Shown here in pieces: positions 48,001 to 60,000 of a stretch of DNA of 64,000 nt; within the stretch, counting starts at the first letter, position 1, and each line of letters begins with the position of its first letter. The stretch lies in contig NC_134031.1 of NCBI RefSeq assembly GCF_964204645.1, forward strand, positions 7,874,001 through 7,938,000, in the 5' to 3' direction. Made by a program: the position numbers and the translations under genes. Below the pieces are notes generated by a model. The model saw only the letters and a list, made by a program, of their open reading frames with translations, made no database searches and had not been told where the DNA came from. The DNA comes from Tubulanus polymorphus. Taxonomy: Eukaryota > Animalia > Nemertea.

Positions 48001-51000
48001 TAATATTTCCAGTTTTGTCTATGGGCTCAAATCATTAGACTTAGGGAGTATCTCGAAATTTCGATAGTTACTTCAATTAGAATAACTCGCGGAAGGGGGT
48101 GGGGGTGGAGGCCTCCCGCGGATTCGTCACAACTGCCGAACTATCAATTTATTGCGGTGCAAGATAACATTGAGATTTTAAAGATTTATGTCCCCTAGTG
48201 GGAAGATTATGAAACAAGTGAAAGAAGTTGATATCTTCTATTGAAAGGTACTACAGTAGACTCCGCATACCTCATAACAGTTTCAACAATGCTATCTTGC
48301 CGAAATTTTACTTTTTATTCAATATAACTTCATTTTCGCAGTAAGAAGCCCAAATAAGTTGTTAGTGCAGCCCAGTATGATGAAATATTTCACACGTTTA
48401 TACATGTCATGTTAGCATGGGTCAATGGCTATCTGGTAGTAACAACACTTTGGGATACTTCCAACTGTCGCCATGGTGACGGGATGCTTATTTTTACAAC
48501 ATACCTGCTGACATGTTATCTGGACAACAATGTTAAAGCAATTCTACAAGGATGTTACTATGGCAATGGTGCACTTTTTTGTATTTTACTGCAATTTGGG
48601 GGTTGAATTCTTTTCTAAGGACTTTTTTTACACAAAATTTACAATATCAGTCAGTAATTTAAAAAAGTGATTTAAGACCCTCTAAATTAATTTTTCGAAT
48701 AATTAGTTATCATTTGTTATGAAGCCAGTTACTATAGAAACAATAGCCAATAAGTAATTGTTGATGATACCAAACATTCTTTTCTCATTTAAAGTCATTC
48801 CATCATTTGTAAATGAAATAATTTGATAATTTGAAAATGCAATGGCTGATCATACTAATACTGACACTTTTTATATTGGTAATGCTGTAACCATGGGATG
48901 TCAGATTCTATTGTTATTTGAAAATGAAAAATGAGAGTTGAAAATAAAGTTGTAGCACCAACAGATCCGTCTGCCATAGTCATTTTTGAGACAAGGGAAT
49001 TGAAATTGGAATTTGCGATGTTTGTGAATTGACACTAAAGGGGTAAGTTGATGTATTTTAGTCTGATTTTAGTTGACTTGTGGCCTAAGGTACTTTCAGC
49101 GAGTTGAATGGAGGGCCCATAGGCCTATGGCAGGCCCTACGCTATTCCCAACTTGTAATTTCATTTCATTGAAACAGCTGCGTCTTAAACATTATAGCCC
49201 TGTCTACTACATGTAGTTAGACCAGTGTAAATGGGTCCGCACCCGGTCGAGTAAAAATTTAGACCGGACCAAATCTGAGTGTGCGTTCACACACATGTTG
49301 CTAAATTGGCTACAAGTTGTTATGATTGGGCCCGCAAGATGTCGCCATAAGTATTTTACCCCAACATTTATATCTAAATCAGGGGCGGATCCAGGGGGAT
49401 GGGTAGACAGTATTGGAAAGAAATTTAAGGGCACCTTTCTGATCTTAGGGCACACCCAGTATCCAGGTCAATGCGAGCGCCGAAGGCGCGAAGTCCTTGG
49501 AGGGGGGTGTGGGGCCCACCCCCAGAAAATTTTGAAAATATGGTACCATTTAAAGGCTTTTAGAGGGCTTCTAGAGGCTAGCAGAGCAATCCAGAATAAA
49601 CGAATCCGAGACAAGATTTCAACAGACGCAGATAAAAATGAAGCTGGCGAACCCATGAAAGAATGGTTGTCGCCAACTTCAAGATCAACAATGAATTTCA
49701 CAGAAGACACCCATGAAAAACACTGGCATTGTTTTTTATATTTTCCCTAGTGCCCCTATAACCTTTAAATGTGCTCCTTAACAATTATACAGAATACGGC
49801 TAAGTGCCCCTTCATTGTTAACAATCGGCAAAAATTGCCTCGTCTTCACATTTATCCGTATGTCGTGTGCCGTATTCCAAACCAAAAGTGCCCCTAAAAT
49901 TTGAAAAATTAGGCAAAAAAAGGCCCTTTTTTCTTCAGCATTCACCGCAAATTAAAGCCTGAGCGTGCCCCTTGAAAAGGCAAAGTGCCTTTTTTTCAAC
50001 ATTCTCCGCGTATAGTGCCCTCTTCTAACGTACGAGTGCCCCTATAGCCCTCCCTGAAAAGGCATCTAAAGCATGAGTGCCCCTTGAAAAAGGAAAGTGC
50101 CCTTTTTAATTTATCATGATTATAGGCCTTACCAGGTACATCAAATATGATTATCTCACTTTCTCAGCAGCAGTATTTATCGATTAATTTTATAATTATG
50201 CCCGGATTCCGGACACGGAATTAGCGGTTGCTGAGATAATACCGTCAAAAATATTGCCGGTGAAATTTCGAAGGGCACTTAAAAATTCTAGACCGTATTG
50301 GGCAATACGGCTAATACGGTCTGGATCCGCCCCTGCAAATGATAGATTTATGAGTCCCTGGCAGTTTTAATTTGAACAACTTTGATGATTGCAGTTTATC
50401 ATATTATCTGGACACATCAATAGGCCTATATGATAGATTTTAGAGGGTCTTAAATCACTTTTTTAAATTACTGACTGATATTGTAAATTTTATGTAAAAA
50501 AAAGTCCTTAGAAAAGAATTCAACCCCCAAATTGCAGTAAAATACAAAAAAGTGCACCATTGCCATAGTAACATCCTTGTAAAATTGCTTTAACATTGTT
50601 GTCCAGATAATATGTCAGCAGGTGAGTTGAAAAAATTATCCCAATTCTATTTTATAGACGAGGTAATTCTAATTAATTCAATAAAACTTTTAACCAGCTA
50701 TTTTTAGCTATGACTATATAAAAATTCATGGTTTTCCCTTAGCATCCCGTCACCATGGCGACAGTTGAAAAATGACTGCGAAAATGAAGTTATATTGAAT
50801 AAAAAGTAATTTAAAAAGTAATGTAATTTCGGCATGATAGCATTGTTGAAACTGTTCATTGTTGCTTTTATCGGAAAGGCCATACCCAATAATATATAGG
50901 TAGGTCTAAGAATTTTCAATTTATCTGCAATACTTTTTGAGTAATCCACCGTTTAAAAAACCCTCCTCACAGCATATATTTTACCAGCACGTTACCTTAG

Positions 51001-54000
51001 CAACGCAATATCTCGCCCGGCTCATGTTTCCAGGGTTACAAATCAGCCCAAATAAGCTTGAGAATCTTATCTTTCTTCAATGGAAATTTGGACTTAGAGG
51101 TATTCCAGGTAAGCGAAATTCCAATTTTTGAGTCTTGGAGCCTGGACTATAATAGATATATACAGTTATCAAGCAGCCTGCTGGCTGAAAAAGCTCCGCT
51201 GTGTACTTAGTCCATATACTATGACTATCCAGTAACATGTATTAACTGAATATCCAAAAATCCATCTGAGTCTTCCAAACTTACCAAATAACTGGAGTTC
51301 CAAGAGAAGAGGAGAATCTCCTCTGTGAAAGTGCTAACCATAATCAACAAGAGGTCCATATGGTCGAAGACGGTGTTTAAAATAAATAGTAGTGAGGGGA
51401 TGCATGATGAGATGTGAAAACAAATTCACGTTTCCAGGGTTTCCGTGAGGGTGAATTTTTTAACCGTTTCCCCCCACCCTAAAGTGCTCCTATTTTCCCA
51501 AAATCCTGAAAAATTATTTAAGGAATTGTGAAAATAAATTGATTATTCATTCTCTTAAGACATTATAGTGTACTTATTTAAGTTTATTTCATTTTAACGA
51601 TCTGTTTAATCTGTGTTATCTTGCATTTGAAGTTTGTTTTTATGTCACAAGCGCCTTGAGCCGTAGTTCTTAACGCACAGCAACTGCCGATGCTCGAAAA
51701 TCCATAACCGGAAGTAATTTCTCATTTTGATATTTTGAAGAATTTTGACCTCAAAAACGCCCTGTAAATTTGATATTTTACGATTTGTATAAAGATTCAA
51801 ACATTTAGACTGTAATAAGAAGCAAAATAAAGGTCTTAACAATTGATATAGTAATCTACGGTGTCTTTATTTATGAATTTCGACAATGTAACACGAAATT
51901 GTGAATATACTGACTTTCTAGGGGGTCTTTTGCCCTGGACCCCCAAAAATGATCCTGCCCAGTAGACCCCCTCTTTCAAAAATCAGAAGTTTAATCTTTC
52001 GGCACTATTCTGTGGCTATGACTATAAACTACTGCTCTGTGAAGTTTCAATGCCCTATATACAATAGTTTGGAAGTTGTGAGGATTTAATTAGCTAATTT
52101 CATTAACATGCGAATCATCTGGCAGACACAAGACTCAAACATTAAAGCTGCAGCCAGGTTAAGGGTTAAAATGGCTCCAAAAAACTTCATGCCTGATGTG
52201 TTCGTCTTGGCATGGTTACACGCTTGTACAATTTTTTCCCCAATAGAATAGAGTAACGGACATTTTCTTAACAATCATGGACACCCTGTGTTTCTAATTA
52301 CCATCGTAGTGCTTTCAAGTGAAGGTATAAAATCCGGGCTAGCGACTGAAAAACTCTGCAGAGAAAACCCTACCGATCCTCTCCCCGTCAGTGTAAACAA
52401 CGAACTGCGCAGTTCTATGAACTACTTACGAATATATCAGTGTGCGAGCACCTATGAAGATAGTGATTGGGATAACACTTCATTGCTGGGTAAAACCGAT
52501 ATAGACAATTCACTGACAGATGAGCCCTTCAAGTGCCTCAAAACTTTCCATAATTCATCATGATTTTGGGACCTAAGTACAACAGGCTATGATTGTCATA
52601 GCTAGGATCATGGATACAGGCAAATGACGCGTTGCAGACAACTTTTTATCAAATTATCAGTTCTATATGATACAGCATTATGGGACTATATTCATGGCAG
52701 TAGAGATACTACAGGAGTTGTTCGGTGAATGGCAGGATTTTTACTTGCGACGATCCCTATATGGTCTTCGACCATAAGTATAAAGGCTACTAATCATAAT
52801 CTGTTGACATTTTTGGAAACACTACAATCTCCATCTATGTAGGACTGATAAAAAATTCGAAACATATTCGTGAAAAACCATATAATGTCTACCTTAGGCA
52901 ATGTTTCGAGAACCATGTCAACCATAGCTGCATCCTGATAATCCTTCCACGCATCTGCTTTCTTAGCCATCTGTTCAGCTTCAGCCCGGGCCTTAGCTTC
53001 AATAGCATATGCCTCGGCCTCACCTCGCATCTGAAAGTAGGTTAGCCAGCTCTCCCTTTAAAACAAATTCAGTACGTTTGACTCGTTCATTGTTCGGATA
53101 ATTGCACCATGAATTAATACCTCAATAGCCTGAGCATCGGCTTGTGCTTCCAATATGACCTTGTTTCTGTAAAAAGAGGCTCAAAATAAATCAAAAGTAA
53201 AACATGACAAATCGAATCAAAAATAGTGAAACAACAAACTGATTTTAAAATGTTCCAGGGAAAAAAGACAGAGCATGAAGATGTACACCTCTTGTATCAT
53301 CGTTATGAAACATGAACTTAAATGAAAGGTTATATTAGTGTTTTTCAGAAAATGAAACTCACTTCTCTGCTTCTGCCAATTTTTCCAGTTTGAATTTTTG
53401 TGCATCTGCTGGTTTCTGGATTGTAGCCTCGAGTTCGCGTTCACGTCTGATTATCTCTTGTTCTTGCAGTTGAATCTGTTGTGACCTTTCCACGACCTTA
53501 ATCTGCATCTCTTCCTCTTTGATACGTTGTTTGGTCTTGGCGGACTGAAAAAATGAATCAGATGGTAAATTCAACTATATCCGAAAGTTTAAGACACTCA
53601 TACTGATTTACCAGGTGCGGATCCAGAGGAGGTGGGGGTTTCAGGGGTCGTGACCCCCTGCTCAGCTACCAAAAAATGTTTTAAATCATTTTCTTGAAGG
53701 AATGAACTCAAGACATATGTTGACAGTACCACATAATCGGTACAATATCATCTTGATGAAAGGTTAGTTCAATGATTACATTCTATCTTAATCTAATTTC
53801 TTACAGAGCATCTATACTACAGTGCAGTGTATAAATCAGTTAGGGACTTAGCTAGTGCACCATTTTGTAGTGTATTGATGTTATTAGTAATAAATTTTGT
53901 CTTTGTTTTCTCCAGCACTATCAGGAATTAATCAGTCAGCACTGAAAGGGTTAATATAACCAAGGAATCTGTCTCTTCATGGTGAAATAATGCAAAACTA

Positions 54001-57000
54001 CCAGGTACATCAGTATGAGAATCAATTTTCATGCTCATGTCAGTCCTTAGTTCAGCCCATTCTTAGCATTTTGTGAACTGGGCCATAAGGGTTCTACATA
54101 CAACTGAGAATTTCAAAAATCAAGTTCATTCCCTCAACCCGCTGAGCACCCAACAACGCAATGCACATTAATGTGTCAGATATTTCTTTTCCCCCAATCA
54201 AGGGGATTAAGGGCAGTGAGACTAGAGAAGAACCTCTGAGCCAAGAAACTCTGTGGGTGCCAGGATTCAAACAAATGAACCCTGGATTGGCAAACCCAGT
54301 GACCAGCAGGTTAAATTCTCTAGACCACTGCACCTTGAAAAAATTTAATTTAACGCACCTGTAATTCATACGCAAGTTCAGATTGGGCTTTCATCGTTTC
54401 AACTTTCTCATCATACGCCGCTTTCTTCAACTCGAAATCACGCTGAGCCTTCGCTACCTCAGTGTTGTTGACGTTTGTTGCTGCAATACGTTGTTCATTG
54501 GCAATCGCTTCCTGTTAAAAACCCAGAAAAAAAATAAAACACATTTATAACTAGGAAGCTACAGAACTTCACAAGTGGCCACCATTTTGGGAGTGAGAAA
54601 TTGATTTTCGATAGGTATCATCTGTGAATGATTCCTATGCCCCTAACATGCAAAAGTACTAGATGGATGTGGTCTGCTGATTTTGTCATAAAATTATCTT
54701 TTTTCTGACAGAGAAATAAGTGCCATAACATCTTTAGGTCCCAATAAATTGTCGAAAGTTACTTTAAAAAAATCAACATTTTCTTTGGGTAGTACCCCCA
54801 ACCCCCTCGACTCACACCTTTCAGCACTTAGTTACTGCCAATTTTGACCTCCCCACAGATAATCATTGCAACGTACAAGTTTCAGTAATACTTACCTTAA
54901 TTCCGGCATCTCTGCGTGCTTCAGCTTCACCGATACGAGCATCTCTCTTCACTTGCGCTGTACGCGCCATTCCCAATGCTTTAAGATAACCCTGAAATAC
55001 AAGATACAAATTTTTTTTTATAAATCCGAGAAACTGGACAGCAATTTTCAAACATAGTTTTCACATGCAATTGGTTTTTTTAATCAAATGAAACACACCT
55101 TGAACCGACCATTAAATACACACGCATAAAAATGGCCATTATTTAAAAGGTATTGCCTTCTCTTCGCATAAGCATTTTTGGTGCTACCCAATTTTAAGCC
55201 AGATTTTAAAGACATGAATGGAGAGAGATTAAAATCAAAAAGGTAAATTTTTGAGGCTATAGGAGGAAGCTAATGTTTCATCTTTTATTACTTAATCAAA
55301 AATCAAATAAGAATAGGAGATAACTGCTATTTGAAACAAATATTTCATCCATGAAGTACGTATGTGTGCATCAGATTACTCGTTCTTACCTGTGGCACCC
55401 ATATCGTATACAACACATTTAGGTCCCACCTAGCTACAGCCTACATACTCTATCAGGGTTTCCAGCGGTAAGGCCAGGATAAAAAGAAGTTCTAAGAAGG
55501 ACTTTTCCGGCAATTTTAGACCCAAAAGGAGGGACTTTTGGACTCGGAAAGAAGTACTTTCCAGTAAAATAAGTGCCCCCGAGGAAGTATTTTTGCAATG
55601 CACAATAGACCAGTCATACATTTCTTGTTAATTCCATAACACTTTACTGTATATTCAATCTTTCTGACAATTGAATTACCAGGAATGAGTAATAAAATAC
55701 TTCAACAGTCGAATTCGAAACTGCGCTCATAAAAATCAAACTTGGAAGGACTTTTCTATCAAAAGGAAAGGCTTTGAGTCAAAAAGAAGGACAAAGATGA
55801 TGTTTGTCCAGACTTTTTCCAAAAGAAGCACAAGGAAGGGCTTGGAAGGACCGCTGGAAACCCTATGTATGGACAGTCCCCTTCATCCCTTCAAGCTTGC
55901 TGAACTTGATGATGAAAAGGATGACTTCAGCTCGATTCCAGCAAGTAAACTAATCTTATCAAAGATCAATCGTTATTTCTGCATTGTATTCTATTAGTAA
56001 GTTCTATTCTACATGCATTACATAGTAAGGCATAATTTTGGATTTTCAAGGCATTTAAGGCATTGCTTACAGCATCATCTCTGATATCTTTCAGTGTATA
56101 GCTGACGACACTGATACCCATGTTGATCAAATCGGACGACGCAACTTCGAAAACTGCACGCGAAAACTTCTTGCGATCCTTATAGATCTCCTGTATAAAC
56201 GAACATCAGAATTATCGTTTAAAATCAAAAAGAAACCAGTTTAAGATACATTTAGGGTGTTCCATATGATTGGGAATTATATACAAGGATGGAAATAACT
56301 TCAAAATGAGGCATTTTGAAAATACAGTAGACCTAACATATTTCGGATCATTCGGGACGGATGAAATTCATCTGATTTATGAGAATTCAACATCATATTT
56401 CATATTTTTGTTTAGATGAACTGTAAGTAAAATCTGAATCAGATGAAACTATGGATTAAACTGATCCGGATTAAAACGATTCACTGTATATGTTAAGCCC
56501 ATTGTTCATTGCCAAACATTATCCAAGTTTTCTCTTATGCGCAATGAAAGTTTTATTCATAATGGAGTGTAATAAGATAAAATCCCACTATTTACAGATT
56601 AAAAGAATTTAAAAACCAGAATTTATTTATTAAATCTAAAATATTTAAAAGACACGACGTTTCGATCTCACCCTAGAGATCATCGTCAGGTGTGAGAAAT
56701 AGACTAAAAACAGGGGTATATATACAGAGGAGGACAGGTTAATTGAGTAAATTGGTGAGTGAGTAAGTAATTAGTGTTTGGCAAGGCATGAAGTAATATA
56801 CTTAGAAAGAATGCGGAGAAAAGCCATTATTTAAATTGGTACTAATATCTGAGTGACGAGTAATTAGGGCAGACTCAACTATGTGGCGTTTAGTGTAATT
56901 GCTGGAAGTATAAATAATTTCGGCTTTATCAAAATTAAAACGATGACCAGTGTTCCAAACGTGATTGGCTACGCCACTAGCCGGTTTTTGATTTATTATA

Positions 57001-60000
57001 TCCTTTTTGTGTTCCGAAATTCGAGTTTTTAATTCACGACCTGTTTCTCCAAAGTAAACGCCACATAGTTGAGTCTGCCCTAATTACTCGTCACTCAGAT
57101 ATTAGTACCAATTTAAATAATGTCCAAACACTAATTACTTACTCACTCACCAATTTACTCAATTAACCTGTCCTCCTCTGTATATATACCCCTGTTTTTA
57201 GTCTATTTCTCACACCTGACGATGATCTCTAGGGTGAGATCGAAACGTCATGTCTTTTAAATATTTTAGATTTAATAAATAAATTCTGGTTTTTAAATTC
57301 TTTTAATCTGTAAATAGTGGGATTTTATCTTATTATCCGTTCACCACGTTTGAGTGTGGTCATCGTTCTATGGAGTGTAATGTAAGTATACGGTCAAGAG
57401 CCCATCAGGCTTGCGTCACTGATGTAAGCAGCTAGCAGGACTTGAACTTATATGAAGCAGCAGCTACACAGGAAACTGTAGGCTATTTATTTGGGCTATT
57501 TATTAGTCTGATTCAACTGAAGTAAAAAGACTCAATAATTGGCAATCTTTCATATCAATCAAACTCGTATAAAATCGATAGTTCTGTCCATAGCAATTTT
57601 CAGTTTTTCTTTTCTTGCAGTCCTGTCAAGATTTTATGTGGAAAATACATGTACTAGAATAATGGAAACATTTATTCCTATTTCTTCCCCCTTCCCTTCC
57701 ATTCTAAAACATCTGCTTTTTACCCCTTTTTTCCTGAAAATATCTGTACTCCTAGTAATCAAAAGATGGGCTTAGCCTTGGCTAATTGTATATCTCAAGT
57801 TTGTTACACTGACCTCAACAGTCATGTTACCCATGATGGCTCGTTGATGTCCTTCTAATGTCTCCTGCGCGATCTGTTCGATCTGCCGTTCAGATTTTCC
57901 AAGGAATTGTTGACACGCTGCTGCTAACATGTCCTGATTCTGACCTTGAATTTTAACCTTCAAAAAAATATGGCTATTGAGTAAATCACCATCATTTCAT
58001 CAGTATTTGACAGTGATAATGATTTGGACGATATCAGACTACACCAATGAAACGCTACCGCAATGAATACAACAATTGATTTTACGTATATATAAACAAA
58101 TGGTTTTTAATGGTGGTTTCCATAGATAAGTGGTTGTCTGATATGGTTTTTAACTTTTTTGCAGTATCCCATACAGCATTTAGTGAATTATCAGTAAATG
58201 CAGACGATCAGTAGAGAAAATCAGTTAATGTTTAGTCGTCAAAGGGAATTTATGACTATCATTATCGGTATATGATCATGATCTGTCATTCACAATCTGA
58301 GCCAAAAACTATCGTTTAGGACGCCAAGCAATAAGGAACCACATCATTCCCATTTATAGCTGTCACAGTGCTATCAAACAGCAAACAAGAAGTATCCGCT
58401 CATAGTGATCAGATACCTCATAGCTTGGTAGCCGGTGATGTAGTCATGCATGGACAAACCAAAACCGAGATACACGGTTAAAATAACAGTAAACAATCTA
58501 CTAACAATTAACAACAGGATCGCTATAAAACATGCAGTGAAAATTTAATTTCAAACCAATCACACATAACTACAAGACAATTACCTGGAAGACAAATACA
58601 TTGGAACCTAACTCTATAACATTCATTGGTTTCCATAACCCCCATAAAGTGAGCTTCCATTGTAGGATATAAGATCATTCAGATAACTCAAATTTGAATT
58701 ATTCGAACAATGCACAATAACAGGAGCAAATATCATAGGTAAGGTAATGCAGGTAACAATCTGCAGCCCGGAATCACTCTCGGAGGTAGCGAACGAACCC
58801 CTAAAAGTGCCCTTCAAAAAGCCAGTGTCAACAAATTTGGGTCAAAATTCTTTCGAAATTTAGAGACAATTTTTATTTCTTTTAATGGAAATTGAAAATT
58901 ATCCATTCTTAAATACCCGAGCACTTCGTATTTGAGATATGGCCTTTTTCAACAGGAAAGTGCCCCTTTTTGTGATAGAAAGTGCCATTTTTCTTGAAAT
59001 AGAACTGTCCCTTAACATGCTCGGCTCAAGCCTGACTATGTCATTTATGGTATTTGTAGTTCATTTGTTCGGTTCACTCCGTTAGGGGTGACAATCGAAA
59101 ATTGGTAGAATAATCTATAACATATCGAATACTCGAGGGGATGGGTACAGACAGCAGATTGTTACCAGCATTAGACCATAGACATACTAGATCTCGCTAT
59201 GTATGTCCATGGTTAAAGGACAACAACACTGACCACACGTTATGCACTTAGCTGGATTTAACGGCTAAAAGAATTCTGAATCGATAGATTAAATATTTTA
59301 CGCTGATTAAAAATATAGCATAATTTGCATTCGCACATTATTTACTAGATACAGGAAAGAGAACCAGTAATATATTTAGCAAGAGGCACATGAATGTTGG
59401 CTTTCACCACAATTCGAGAAATTGTCCAAAAAGTTTACTGTGTACTAGTCACGGAGAGAACAATTTTTTTCTGGCTCGTTTGACCAGTGGATCACCCGCG
59501 TCAGGCATGTTTGATACATACTTTTGTCCAATTATTCATGCCTGCAATTGGTTCACTAAGATGCACTATCGACATCATGTGATTTGGTAGAAAATTGGCT
59601 CGTGTGTCCCTAGATATATACAGATATATATTTTTTACAGAAAAAGTCCTTTACGACCAGCTAGCTTGCACATGTGCCGTTTGAAACTACTAACACAAAT
59701 ACACAAATAAACAATCAACCAAAATAAAAATTCAATACTGTAAGATACATAAATAAAGTGTCAGTTATTTACATATCTTGATATTCAAGAACACAATGAA
59801 ACGCCTAATTCGTGCAATATATTACAACAAATATGAATTCACCATAGGCCAATATATATTCATGTAAAGCCACCGCCTAGGTGACTCCCGGTCAATGGGG
59901 GATTGGAGGGTTGGATGGTTGGCGAGCACTGCCTTTTACTTAAAGTGGCTTCCAATAGATTTGGCAGTTCACTAAAAGATATTTCATAACACAGTGGAGC

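Larger units (their letters stand above)
56574..57369. mobile_element. Penelope-like element, truncated inverted (pLTR-pLTR) form with GIY-YIG remnant
   Basis: Inverted arms. Minus-strand peptide [21 protein letters not shown]...[16 protein letters not shown]...[10 protein letters not shown]...NLNNG. Unpaired ~35-nt tail. TSD ATGGAGTGTAAT at 56562-56573 and 57370-57381. Confidence 0.92.

Noticed and set aside
49207-49750. ORFs of 80-151 aa
   Set aside because: They span a MITE boundary, have no domain motifs and lie within a flotillin intron.
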